From a virus (Duplodnaviria > Caudoviricetes), in IMG/VR virus record IMGVR_UViG_3300020294_000019, positions 1 to 31,000 of that record: a stretch of 31,000 nt of DNA. One strand, written 5' to 3'. The position numbers and the translations under genes were made by a program. The notes under the pieces were generated by a model, which had not been told where the DNA came from, made no database searches, and saw only the letters and a list, made by a program, of their open reading frames with translations. Shown piece after piece: positions 8,445 through 18,607 of this stretch; positions within the stretch are counted from its first letter, which is position 1, and each line of letters opens with the position of its first letter.

Positions 8445-11400
8445 ATGTCGGGAAAGTCCGATTACCTCACCTCTGGCCTGGGAACAGGCAATTCCATCTA
8501 TCTGACTAGCCAACTGACCAGTATCGATCCGCTGCGCCAGGAAGATGATGAATTTTTTGGCCAAGGGTTTATTTCAGACTTCGGGATTGGCTCCGGCAAT
8601 CTTGTGTCAGGTATTGGCACGTTATACGGCCTCGCATCCGGCAACATGGATAACGCGATTAGCCGGTTTGGGGAGGAGACAACCAGCTTCTATGAGGATC
8701 TCCAAACAGAGGATCAGAAGCGCCGGCAGACTCAGTTTCAACAGTACGTTGACGGTGGCGCTGACGAGGTAGATAAGCTGAGCCGAGCGTTTGTCGGCAC
8801 GATCACAGACCCCTCTCTGACCTTTTCATTCCTGACTCAGCAGATCCCCTTACTGGCGGGTTCCGGTGGCGCTGGCTTGGCAGTTCGCGGAGCTACTGGT
8901 GCTGTTCGCGCAGGGCAGGCAGCGGGTGTGCTATCTGGTGCCGGACTAAACGCAGGCGACATCGCCGGGAGTATGTACTCCGAAGCCATGCAAGTGCCGG
9001 AAGATGTCCTGGACAGAAACGATGCATACCGAGTCCGAAAGGCGGAGATCGGCGCAGAGGAAGCTCGTAAAGAACTGGCACTCGAGGGGGCCAGAAACAC
9101 AGGTGCAGCCGTTGGCGCTCTGTCTGCGCTCACTGCCGGCGTATTGCCCAGCACGATTGAGAAAACGCTAATCGGTGGTGTTGCCAACAACACAACCCGC
9201 ATCGGAAATCTTGGGCGTGGATTAGTCTCTGAGGCGCTACAGGAGGCCATAGAAGAGGGCGGTGGACAGGCCATAGCCAACCTCAACATTCAGTCTTTAG
9301 ACCCGTCACGCAGCCTTACGGAAGGCGTAGGGCAGGCTGTTGGACAGGGCGGTCTATTAGGCGGCTTGATGGGTGGCACAGTAGGTGGTTTGAGTCCCAC
9401 TAGAAGCAGGATTGCCGAGGCCGCGGAACGCGGTGCCAATAAAGCTAGAGAAGCTGGCGGCGATGCCCTAGACCAGTCTGCCAGTGCTGCCCAGGAAGCG
9501 GCACAAGTCTCTACGACCGACACGACCAACCAATCTGATATCGAAGCTCTGCGATCAAGATTCGGCATTAATCAGGGCCGCGTGGATCCCGTCACCCTCA
9601 CTCCTGCAGAAACCACCCTACAGCCCACTCCATTTGAACCTCTTGCCCCCAGGCCATCGAGAATCGAGGGCATATCTGATGAAGATTTAGCGGAGATTGA
9701 CCTCCGCGCAGAAGTCGTTCCTGTCCAGGGGCGAGTTACAGAAGACGCTGAGAGAATCATAAGGGCCAACTTTGGCGATGCGGCGGGAGATCGCTTTGCC
9801 GAAAGAATAAAGGAAAGGCTCGACGAGGAGATTGCCGCCAGACAGGGTAATCAGCGCCGGGTCATAGAAACCCCCAACTCCCGCACTGTCATCGAGACGG
9901 ACTCCAAAGAAGCCGCTGACACAGCAGAGCGTCAAATTCGAGAAACCGAAGCTCAACGGCAACAGCAGCTTTTGGAAGCGGAAGCCCAGAGGCAGCAGCA
10001 ACAGGCAGCACTCACTTCCGGCGTAGACCTGATTGGATCTCTGCGGGCCAGCCTTAACAAAGCCATCATTACTGCCAGACGCGAGCAAAGAGCCCTCGGC
10101 GATAGCGATCCACAGCAAACCCAAGAGCTGGAAGATGACATTGGGCGTTTGCAGTTTGGCTTGGCCAGGCTACAAGAAGCTCAGAGTTATGAGTCAGAAG
10201 GCAGCTCAGCCGCCGTTGCTACCATACTTAACCAGGTTAGAGACATTGCGTCCCGGCCAATTCTTTCTCCAGAGTTCGGTCGCCGTCAGTCGTTCGATTA
10301 TGTAAACGTCCTGGAAGGCGAGCTAATGCCTCGCATAGACGAAACCATCGAACTCTATCAGCAAGCCGGGGTAATGCCTCAGACAGAGCGGCCCGCTCTC
10401 AGGGCTCCTGCTGACTTTGAAGTAGACCCAGAAGGCTCAACTAGAAGGCCGCGCTCAACAACCCAGCAGGCAGATATCCCAGACATCCAGGCCAGAGACA
10501 ATCTGATCGAGGATCAAAACATTATCTATGGCGATCAGCCGCCACCAGAGCCGCCCCCTCCCGGCCCTGCCCTTATAGAAAATCAAAACATAATCTATGG
10601 CCAGCCTCCAGCAGATCAACCTACAAATCCCGCTAGGGTAACTCGCGTTAAAACCAGCGGTGATGTTTACCCCACCGCTAAGTCCGCCGAAATTGCGATG
10701 AGCAGGCTGCAAAGAGAAGAGCAGCTTTACCGTTGGGAGGTCGTTACTGAGGGCTCTGGATTTGCTGTTCAAGGCAATCTTATCAACCCGTCCGAAAGAG
10801 AACGGATAAAAGAAGTCACTCCTTCTCGCGTTATAGATCAAGCACAGCAAGACCAACGGCAAGTGATTGAGATGGAAAATCTGCCGCCAAACCGGCTTAG
10901 TATTGCGGATGAGATTGCGGTGTTTGAAAGAGGAGCAGGGGTAGCTTACGAAAAACTAAACGGTATAGAGCAAAAACTAAATGCACTTACTGCTCGAGAT
11001 CAGAGTGGCCTCACCAAGAAAAACCCCGCTTTAACAGTCAAGGATGGTGATGACTTAATCTTGACTATCGTTAAGTTGGGCGGGATAGATAGTGATTTGG
11101 CCGCAGCCAATGGCTTTGAGCCAAAGCTCGACAACCCTCGCTCAAATAGCGTGGGTAGGTACAGGCTGTTTAGAAAAAACGGCAGGACTTTCGATGACCT
11201 TGCGATTTCGTTGAGAGATGAAGGCTGGTATCCCCAAGCTGACCCGAATATGCCAGATACGCTCAGTGCTAACGATGTCATGGAGGATATTCGGGAAGCA
11301 GTAAATCTTGCTCAAGGCAATACGTTTGTTTACAAGAGCGACAAAGCAGCCTCGATCTTATCCCTTGAAAATGACAAAGAATTTACCCAGGAGATGATTG

Positions 11401-14400
11401 ATGAATTTGAGGCTCTAGTGGCTACATATCGTAGCGAGGTCGGGCCGGAAGAGGCAGGACTGAGCGATGCGGCTGTGTTAGATTCTATCAATTACTTTAA
11501 CGAGGTTCGCGAGGAGTTCAGAGATGAAATCAGCGGTGCATTACCAGAAGGGACTGCGACAGCTTCAAGAGATTTACAAACGTCTGAGCGCCGAGGAGAT
11601 AGCGGAGCTGCGCTCGAACCCGCAGGAGGTCAGCCAGGAGCTACAGAAGCTACGCAGGCTGGCAGCGAAGAGAGTCTTGCAACGGCGCGGAGTCGAGTTC
11701 CCCCAGATGTAGATCAAACAGAAGAAACCGAGACGGAGCCACAAGGCTCCGTTTCTCGTTCTGGGCCACTCGAAAGCTATACAGAGCAGGATCTGCAAGA
11801 TCGAGCGGCCGTTGATACTGAGGCTGGAGAGCGCCGGGATCAGATCGATCGTGAGCGCGAGCTGTTCGACCTAGATTCTGGTGAGGGCACGATTGCCGGC
11901 ACAAGCGACCCAACGCAGACAGATGGCAACCAGGGCACATTGCTACGCAGAGATCGTGAGCTAGGGATCAACCGAGGCGCTACTCCGCGCCCGGTCATCA
12001 CTGACGAAGAATTCAATACGGTCATTGATCGGGTCATCGGTGATAACCAGGAAGCCCGTGCCCGCATCGTCTCTGTCGATAGCTTCGCTGACCTTCCAGA
12101 GTCTTTGCGGATTGCAGCGCGCAAGCAAGGATCTGATGGCTCTGATGTAGATGCTGTTACCCATAGGGGGCAAATCTACATTGTCCGTGGCCGCATGAGA
12201 AGTAAGGCTCGCATGGAGCGAACCCTGCTGCACGAAGGCACCCATGTCGGCATCAACGCGATGTACGCAGACGAGGGTGTTCGACGGGCAATGAACCGGA
12301 TGTACGTTGCCATGGGCGGGGCCAAGGGCTTCAATCAGATGGCTAAGGATCTGGGTATCGAGCGCCAGATTGCGCCATACCGCGAAGGTCTTGCGCGTGA
12401 AGGGGCATCCGAGAAAGTCCGTAACGAAATTCTGGTTAATGAAATGCTGGCCTATGTTGGCGAGCGTGGATCCAAAACTTTCCAGGATCGTGTCCGTGAG
12501 GTGATCGGCGCAATCCGAAACTGGTTACGCAAAAACGGCCTAATGACGCTGGCAAATATGCGTGTCAGCGACATTACCTATATTGCGAAGAAAGCCAGGG
12601 AGAATGGCCTCCGTAGCGAGACAGCCAAGGGTGATGGTGAGCCTGCATTTAGCATCGTCGCAGAACAGGCAAGAGCCCGGCAAACCCAACTGGGTCTGTA
12701 CAGCAATGCTGAGCAGATCCTACTGGATCAAGGCGACAAGATATTCAAGCCGTCCAAGAAAAACCCAGAGGGGCGCGTTAAGGGCGATCAGATCCTTAGC
12801 TTCTTAAATGCTCGAGGGCTGAAAAAGGAAGAGGCCACCTATGTCGACCTCGAGGCTGAGCTAACAGATGTAGCTTCTACCCAGCGGTTTACCAGGGAAG
12901 AGGTGATTCAGATCCTTCGAGACAATAGGCCGGATCTTGTAGCTGATGTCCGCACCGGCTTGAGCAATGAAGATCAAGCGCTCATCGGCATAACAGATGC
13001 TGAGACTCTTGAAGATCAAGAAAACTACCAGCACATCATTGACGATATGCGAACCGATATCTTCGATAACGGGGCAGACTCTGACGATAATTTCTCTCTG
13101 CAAGAGCTTGTTACTGCGCTGTTCGACTACGACAAAGACATAATGAAAAACATGGTGTCGATTGACTTCCCGGATATGCGCCTGTCAGGAGATTCCGTGG
13201 CTGCTGGGGAAATCTTCGAGTCATATGTAGGTTGGTCGGAAAATGACGTTCTACCAAAAAGGCTCGTCAGCGCATTTGGTGAAAACCTAGTCGATGACAA
13301 GATCGTGGAGCTCGCTGAGCAGCGATACTTAGACGATCCGTACTACCGCCACAGCGTTTACAGCAACGGTGATGAGTACATTGGGGAGATCATCGGCAAC
13401 GATGACATTGGATACATACTCAGAGACTCCGCTGGAATTCGTTTCGCAGAAGGGCAGGAAATCTACGACATCGATGAAGCTCGGGTGCAGTTCCAGCTTT
13501 GGGCAGAGGACAGCGGTTTAATTGGTGCCGCTTACGAGGATGGCGACACCCAATACTTTGAATACTTAAAGATCGCACCGTCTGACATCAATGACTACCG
13601 CGAAGTCGTTGTATCACTAGAAGATAACCGTCTTTCAGACAGCACCTACCACGGTGGTCACTTCGATGTGGAAAATATGCTTTTCCATGTCCTGGCTACT
13701 GATCGGGAAACAGAGTTAGGCGAATTCCTGTTCATCGAGGAAACCCAGTCTGACTGGCACTCAGCAATTCGTAAGACCGGCGGCACCTATGACCCGGCCA
13801 GAGGCGAGGAGCTGCAACGTCAGGCCGATTCAATTTTGGAGGACTCTAAAAGTTCCGCTGTAATAGCGAGTTCTTATTTCATGGAGTTTCAAGACGAGTT
13901 CGCACCAAACCAGAACTTTTACGACATTGATAATGCTGGTTTAAGCGTGTCACGCTCAACGAGTTTGATAGGCCAATTTTTGACCGAAGTGGCTCCATCT
14001 CTTACCGATGCCGGCATCGCAGAGATGATGATGATTATGAACAAAAAATATCCATCTCCTCAGGATATGGAGTTCCCAGAAAAGTCTCCGAACCGGCTGG
14101 GGATGGTCAGAGACATAATGAATGAAATGGCCGATGGGCCGGGATCAGAAAGATTCTGGACGGTCGACCCTGACTCGAATGGTAAGAGTTTGCGGTCAAT
14201 GCTCAACGAAAACATGCAGGCTATCGCGTATTACCGGCAAGCTAGTACCGGGCTTCTCGATTTCGATCCTATGCGGTTCTTGGGCCGGTTGCGCGAAACA
14301 CAACAAGCCGACGATCGCGTTGAGATGGGAAGAAATCAAGCAAAAAGGATTTTCTCTCTCGAGAAAGACGCTGCCGAGAAGCGCAAGAGAGCGCATAAAA

Positions 14401-17400
14401 TGATGGACGAAGGCCGCGCTCTTAAATTTGCACCGCCAGATTCGCCCTTCCGCGATGACAAGTACCTAGAGCTTGTCGCCAAGATCATGCTGCGCGATGC
14501 GATCACCGAAAGGAAGGCCGGCATCGGCTTCTCGAAAGCAGACCGCGTTCAGAATCGTTGGAGCGAGCAGTTCGACTATGAAGCCATCTATAACCGCAAG
14601 CTCAAGAAAGCGATGGACAAGCTCATGGGGATGCCTGCCCAAAGCATGGACGAACAAGGCCGGATCGAGACTGGAGACGATGTTTCGAGCGATGGGTTCT
14701 GGGTATATGAGATCACTCCGGAGCTGGCAGAAAACGTCAGAGAAAATGGCTTGCCCATGTTCCGCCGGGACGGGTCAGATGGCCGCATCTATCCCAAGAA
14801 GCCTGCCGAAGAGCGTATGCGGGACAAATTCTTGCGAGTGCTGCAAGACAAGATGCTTCCGGTATATCGCACCCAGCAGGCGATCGAGGTTGATAACGAG
14901 CGCGAGCTGGACGTCTCTGAGAATCCCTACCTGACAGAAGAGCTTTTCTACGGCAAGACTGAAGAGGATTTGCGTCAAATAGAGCTGCGCTTTGTGGAGC
15001 CCCTGATCCGGGCCATGAAAGAGGCCGGGGTTAGCTCTGACCAGTTAAACGATTACCTGTACGCCAAACACGCGCCAGAGCGTAACCGGGTTATCCGCGA
15101 GGAGATCAACCCAGAGTTTGAGGGCCCTGGTTCCGGTATGTCGGATGCGGAGGCCGCAGAGATTCTGGGCCAATACACAGGCGAAAAGCTCCAGCAGATG
15201 GAGGATCTGGCGGATCGCGTTTACCAGATGACACAGTTGACCCGCGATCTACTGCGCGCCAGTGGCTTGCAATCAGACGAAATGACCGACTCCTGGGAGG
15301 CTACTTACGAAAACTACGTGCCTCTGCGTGGGTTTGCAGACAACGAAGTGGACGCCAAGGGTGGCAGAGTTCCTACAGGACGAGGGTTTGATATCCGCGG
15401 CAAGGAGGCCAAGCGCGCATATGGCCGGCAGTCACGGGCACAGGGCCCGCTTGCCCAGGTTATTGCAGACCTAACCGGAAAGATTATCCGCAATCGCAAG
15501 AATGAAGTAAGCAAGGCGTTCTTGCAGATGGTGGAGAACAATCCAGATCCGTCACAGTGGCAAGTGTTCACGGATGACAACCCTGATCCGGCCGCACTCA
15601 GAGGCCCCAACGCGAACAAGCGCACCGCTCAGATGGCGATGGCGCGCGATGACGCATACCTGGGTGTGAAGCGTGACGGCGTTGTGCATTACATCAAGGT
15701 CAAAGATCGCAAGCTCCTTAATGCCATGCAGAACGTAGGCCCGGAGCAGATGGATGTCGCCACTCGATTTTTCGGGGGTATTACCCGGTTCCTGTCTAGC
15801 GTCAACACCGCGTATGACCCCACGTTTGTACTGACAAACTTCGCTCGAGATATCCAGGCAGCGCTCATCAACATTGCCGGCGAGCAGACAAAAGAAGGCG
15901 GCTTGATCGAAGGAGAGCGGATCGGCGCTAAGGTAGCCAAGGGTACGCCCAGGGCAGTCGGCGCTATCCGTAACTACGTCCGTAACAAGAAGGTCGATGA
16001 TGGCGATAGTGAGTACGAGCGTTACTTCAAAGAATTCCTCGATGTCGGTGCCAAGACCGGGTACTTCGACTCTCCGGATCTTGACGTCCTCGAGAAGCGA
16101 CTAGCCGCCCGAATTAACCAGGGCGAGGGCACTCTAGCTAGGGGCAAGGCCGGTGCTAAGTGGATCGGTGAGTTCGTCAGCGACTACAACCTAGCGGTTG
16201 AAAATGGCGTCAGGCTGAGTGCGTACATCGAGTCTCGTAAGGCAGGGATAGATAAATCCAAAGCCGCGTCACTTGCCAAGAATCTGACGGTGAATTTCAA
16301 CCGGAAGGGTAGCGCCGGCGCTCACATTAACTCTTGGTATATGTTCTTCAATGCCGCAGTGCAGGGCCTCAAGCAGTTCACCAATACTTTATCTCCGATC
16401 ACTCTCGATGCCCAAGGCAATGTACAGGTGCAGCGCAGACTCAATCGGGCCCAGAAGATTGCTGGTAGCTTGGTTGGTATCGCCTATGCGGCCGCGGTGT
16501 TCAACCGTGAAATCGGCGGTGAGGACGATGATGGCGAGTCGCTCTACGACAAGATCAACCCAGCGATTCGTGAGCGTAACCTGATCTTGATGAAGCCCGG
16601 TTATGGCGAGATAGGGGATGATGGATTTTTGTCTGAAGTCGCATACTTCAAGATACCGCTGCCCTACGGATATAACTTCTTCTACACGATCGGCACCGCT
16701 GTTGAGGCGATACAAAACGGATCCGCGAGGCGCAAAGAAAACGCCTTGGGCGAAGTGTTCAATTCGTTCGTCACTGCGTTCTCCCCGATCTCGGTACACG
16801 CAGACGCAAGGATTTCTGGCCTGCCAACCGTCTTTGTTCCTGGGGCAGAGCTTTTGGCGAATACAAACTTCTTCGGTAGTGACATCGTGCGCGAAAACTT
16901 CCCGTCAGGGCCGCAACGAGCTGCCGCACATAATTACTGGAACAGTACGAAGGAGCCCTACGTTGCGATTGCCCAGTTCCTAAACGATACGGTGGGCGGT
17001 GGGTCTACGAATAGAAGCGGAAGCATGGGCTTCATGTTCGATGTCAGCACAGACATCAGCCCGGATACGCTAGAGCACATCATGGAGTTCGGTCTGGGCG
17101 GTATCTATCGCGCCGGCACAGGGGCGCTGGATGCGGTAGAGCGCGTGACCTCTGACCGGGACATTGATCCCACTCGAGTACCATTTTTGAGCAAGGTGCT
17201 TGGTCGTGACGATTCTGATTATGTGGATCAAGAGCGTTTCTACGATACCCGCCAGCTCATCATCAATGCCAAGGACGAGCGCGAAGATGCCCGGGGTCAG
17301 GAGCGCATCGAATCAGACCAGGCTAATAACTTTATCCACCGCCTATACCCGCAGATGCTGAGTACAGAAAAGTTCCTGCGCCTGCAGAGGGATCGCAGGG

Positions 17401-17537
17401 ATACAGTCAGGGATGACGATCGGCTCACAGAAGCTGAGCGCGACGCAAAGCTAGAGCAGATTAGAGATCGCATGGACGCTCGTATTGATCGCTTCAATAA
17501 GCGCTACCAAGAGCATCTCGAGAAGTACGGCACCTAG
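8445..17537 (+). CDS. Giant polyvalent internal virion protein (~3030 aa; HExxH metallopeptidase-like domain, LPD38-type C-terminal region)
   Basis: Single open frame of about 9.1 kb; ATG 8445 follows GGGGAAAAG (ORF track uses TTG 8430). Gly/Ala hydrophobic N-terminus; LHEGTH at 12228-12245 with downstream NEMLA; FIEETQSDWH at 13731-13760; C-terminal ENGVRL..Y...AASLAKNLTVNFNRKG...YMFFNAAVQG...KIPLPYGY characteristic of LPD38-bearing proteins. Confidence 0.8.
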   Translation: MSGKSDYLTSGLGTGNSIYLTSQLTSIDPLRQEDDEFFGQGFISDFGIGSGNLVSGIGTLYGLASGNMDNAISRFGEETTSFYEDLQTEDQKRRQTQFQQYVDGGADEVDKLSRAFVGTITDPSLTFSFLTQQIPLLAGSGGAGLAVRGATGAVRAGQAAGVLSGAGLNAGDIAGSMYSEAMQVPEDVLDRNDAYRVRKAEIGAEEARKELALEGARNTGAAVGALSALTAGVLPSTIEKTLIGGVANNTTRIGNLGRGLVSEALQEAIEEGGGQAIANLNIQSLDPSRSLTEGVGQAVGQGGLLGGLMGGTVGGLSPTRSRIAEAAERGANKAREAGGDALDQSASAAQEAAQVSTTDTTNQSDIEALRSRFGINQGRVDPVTLTPAETTLQPTPFEPLAPRPSRIEGISDEDLAEIDLRAEVVPVQGRVTEDAERIIRANFGDAAGDRFAERIKERLDEEIAARQGNQRRVIETPNSRTVIETDSKEAADTAERQIRETEAQRQQQLLEAEAQRQQQQAALTSGVDLIGSLRASLNKAIITARREQRALGDSDPQQTQELEDDIGRLQFGLARLQEAQSYESEGSSAAVATILNQVRDIASRPILSPEFGRRQSFDYVNVLEGELMPRIDETIELYQQAGVMPQTERPALRAPADFEVDPEGSTRRPRSTTQQADIPDIQARDNLIEDQNIIYGDQPPPEPPPPGPALIENQNIIYGQPPADQPTNPARVTRVKTSGDVYPTAKSAEIAMSRLQREEQLYRWEVVTEGSGFAVQGNLINPSERERIKEVTPSRVIDQAQQDQRQVIEMENLPPNRLSIADEIAVFERGAGVAYEKLNGIEQKLNALTARDQSGLTKKNPALTVKDGDDLILTIVKLGGIDSDLAAANGFEPKLDNPRSNSVGRYRLFRKNGRTFDDLAISLRDEGWYPQADPNMPDTLSANDVMEDIREAVNLAQGNTFVYKSDKAASILSLENDKEFTQEMIDEFEALVATYRSEVGPEEAGLSDAAVLDSINYFNEVREEFRDEISGALPEGTATASRDLQTSERRGDSGAALEPAGGQPGATEATQAGSEESLATARSRVPPDVDQTEETETEPQGSVSRSGPLESYTEQDLQDRAAVDTEAGERRDQIDRERELFDLDSGEGTIAGTSDPTQTDGNQGTLLRRDRELGINRGATPRPVITDEEFNTVIDRVIGDNQEARARIVSVDSFADLPESLRIAARKQGSDGSDVDAVTHRGQIYIVRGRMRSKARMERTLLHEGTHVGINAMYADEGVRRAMNRMYVAMGGAKGFNQMAKDLGIERQIAPYREGLAREGASEKVRNEILVNEMLAYVGERGSKTFQDRVREVIGAIRNWLRKNGLMTLANMRVSDITYIAKKARENGLRSETAKGDGEPAFSIVAEQARARQTQLGLYSNAEQILLDQGDKIFKPSKKNPEGRVKGDQILSFLNARGLKKEEATYVDLEAELTDVASTQRFTREEVIQILRDNRPDLVADVRTGLSNEDQALIGITDAETLEDQENYQHIIDDMRTDIFDNGADSDDNFSLQELVTALFDYDKDIMKNMVSIDFPDMRLSGDSVAAGEIFESYVGWSENDVLPKRLVSAFGENLVDDKIVELAEQRYLDDPYYRHSVYSNGDEYIGEIIGNDDIGYILRDSAGIRFAEGQEIYDIDEARVQFQLWAEDSGLIGAAYEDGDTQYFEYLKIAPSDINDYREVVVSLEDNRLSDSTYHGGHFDVENMLFHVLATDRETELGEFLFIEETQSDWHSAIRKTGGTYDPARGEELQRQADSILEDSKSSAVIASSYFMEFQDEFAPNQNFYDIDNAGLSVSRSTSLIGQFLTEVAPSLTDAGIAEMMMIMNKKYPSPQDMEFPEKSPNRLGMVRDIMNEMADGPGSERFWTVDPDSNGKSLRSMLNENMQAIAYYRQASTGLLDFDPMRFLGRLRETQQADDRVEMGRNQAKRIFSLEKDAAEKRKRAHKMMDEGRALKFAPPDSPFRDDKYLELVAKIMLRDAITERKAGIGFSKADRVQNRWSEQFDYEAIYNRKLKKAMDKLMGMPAQSMDEQGRIETGDDVSSDGFWVYEITPELAENVRENGLPMFRRDGSDGRIYPKKPAEERMRDKFLRVLQDKMLPVYRTQQAIEVDNERELDVSENPYLTEELFYGKTEEDLRQIELRFVEPLIRAMKEAGVSSDQLNDYLYAKHAPERNRVIREEINPEFEGPGSGMSDAEAAEILGQYTGEKLQQMEDLADRVYQMTQLTRDLLRASGLQSDEMTDSWEATYENYVPLRGFADNEVDAKGGRVPTGRGFDIRGKEAKRAYGRQSRAQGPLAQVIADLTGKIIRNRKNEVSKAFLQMVENNPDPSQWQVFTDDNPDPAALRGPNANKRTAQMAMARDDAYLGVKRDGVVHYIKVKDRKLLNAMQNVGPEQMDVATRFFGGITRFLSSVNTAYDPTFVLTNFARDIQAALINIAGEQTKEGGLIEGERIGAKVAKGTPRAVGAIRNYVRNKKVDDGDSEYERYFKEFLDVGAKTGYFDSPDLDVLEKRLAARINQGEGTLARGKAGAKWIGEFVSDYNLAVENGVRLSAYIESRKAGIDKSKAASLAKNLTVNFNRKGSAGAHINSWYMFFNAAVQGLKQFTNTLSPITLDAQGNVQVQRRLNRAQKIAGSLVGIAYAAAVFNREIGGEDDDGESLYDKINPAIRERNLILMKPGYGEIGDDGFLSEVAYFKIPLPYGYNFFYTIGTAVEAIQNGSARRKENALGEVFNSFVTAFSPISVHADARISGLPTVFVPGAELLANTNFFGSDIVRENFPSGPQRAAAHNYWNSTKEPYVAIAQFLNDTVGGGSTNRSGSMGFMFDVSTDISPDTLEHIMEFGLGGIYRAGTGALDAVERVTSDRDIDPTRVPFLSKVLGRDDSDYVDQERFYDTRQLIINAKDEREDARGQERIESDQANNFIHRLYPQMLSTEKFLRLQRDRRDTVRDDDRLTEAERDAKLEQIRDRMDARIDRFNKRYQEHLEKYGT

Positions 17538-17540
17538 TTC

Positions 17541-18008
17541 ATGGATCCTCTATCTATGATCGCGATGGCCGGCACCGTCGTGAAAAGCATGGAGACGATG
17601 GTTGCTCGAGGCGCGGAGATCGAGAAAGTCGCAACCAAGCTGGGTCAGTGGTTCACCCTGGCGGCGGACATTGCCCAGGCAGAGCGTGAAGCTGAAAACC
17701 CGCCGCTGTTTAAGCAGCTATTTGCCGGTGAATCTGTCGAGCAAGAGGCGCTAAACGCCACGATTGCAAAACAGAAGCTGAAGGAGCATGAGGCATCTAT
17801 CAGATCCATGATCTGCATGGCGTATGGAACGGAAACCTACCGCGAAATGATGCAAATGCGGCGAGAGATTAGGGAGCGCCGGGAGAGAACACTGTACCGA
17901 CAACGTAAGCGCCGGCAGTTCCTGTTGGACAGCATTGCTGCAGCGGGTGGGGCGGCGGTATCAAGCACGGTCATTTATTCCGTCTACTGGATTATTGCTT
18001 CAGCGTGA
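17541..18008 (+). CDS. Hypothetical helical protein with C-terminal hydrophobic helix
   Basis: 155 aa. MDP.S...A N-terminus, coiled coil, basic stretch, then a TM-like tail. Resembles a family common in marine phages. Confidence 0.65.
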   Translation: MDPLSMIAMAGTVVKSMETMVARGAEIEKVATKLGQWFTLAADIAQAEREAENPPLFKQLFAGESVEQEALNATIAKQKLKEHEASIRSMICMAYGTETYREMMQMRREIRERRERTLYRQRKRRQFLLDSIAAAGGAAVSSTVIYSVYWIIASA

Positions 18009-18484
18009 TCGAAGTCAGACTCACCCTGGCCGAGATGCAGATCGCGGCACAGGTAGGCATCCAGAGGCAAATACAAAACCTTAAAAACGGAGCTGTCCCG
18101 GCGTATGGCGCTGGAAACAAGAACGATTGGCAGCTCCATGTGGAGGGGGCGCTGGGCGAGATGGCCCTGGCTAAATGCCTGGGGGTCTACTGGGATGGCA
18201 AAGGCAAGATGCGGGCCCCGGATGTTGGCGAGTGTGATGTTCGCACCAGGAGCAAGCACTCCTACGACCTAATTGTTCACGACAGAGATGACGATGACCG
18301 GTACATCTACTTACTCACGGGCGGTAACGGGCAGTACATATTCCACGGCGGGATATATGCACGGGACGCGAAGCAACAGCGCTATTGGAAAGACCCAGCA
18401 GGAGGCAGACCCGCCTATTTCGTTCCCCAGGCCCACTTACAGAATCCATCAACCGAACAAGGTAATAGATATGAATGTCATTAA
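18005..18484 (+). CDS. Hypothetical protein, possible PD-(D/E)xK nuclease-fold
   Basis: 159 aa, GTGA-coupled to the upstream gene. GALGE helix followed by APDVGECDVRTRS, a PD...D-x-R variant. Confidence 0.5.
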   Translation: MIEVRLTLAEMQIAAQVGIQRQIQNLKNGAVPAYGAGNKNDWQLHVEGALGEMALAKCLGVYWDGKGKMRAPDVGECDVRTRSKHSYDLIVHDRDDDDRYIYLLTGGNGQYIFHGGIYARDAKQQRYWKDPAGGRPAYFVPQAHLQNPSTEQGNRYECH

Positions 18485-18605
18485 ATCAATTGGAAAAGAG
18501 TGCAAGTCTCGAACGATGAATCTTACTGAGGCCGAGGCGGGCGCATTCGTCGTGGCTGCTGCCACGCTGAACATCGTGCTCATTCTGATTTGGTTACTGA
18601 AGTAA
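18471..18605 (+). CDS. Small membrane protein (44 aa)
   Basis: MNVIKSIGK...AGAFVVAAATLNIVLILIWLLK. AAGGT upstream of ATG 18471; overlaps the upstream stop. Confidence 0.55.
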   Translation: MNVIKSIGKECKSRTMNLTEAEAGAFVVAAATLNIVLILIWLLK

Positions 18606-18607
18606 GG

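Noticed and set aside
8545-17497. Many 60-150-aa ORFs nested in or antisense to the giant gene
   Set aside because: No RBS or motif support. Expected shadow ORFs of a long, GC-balanced gene.
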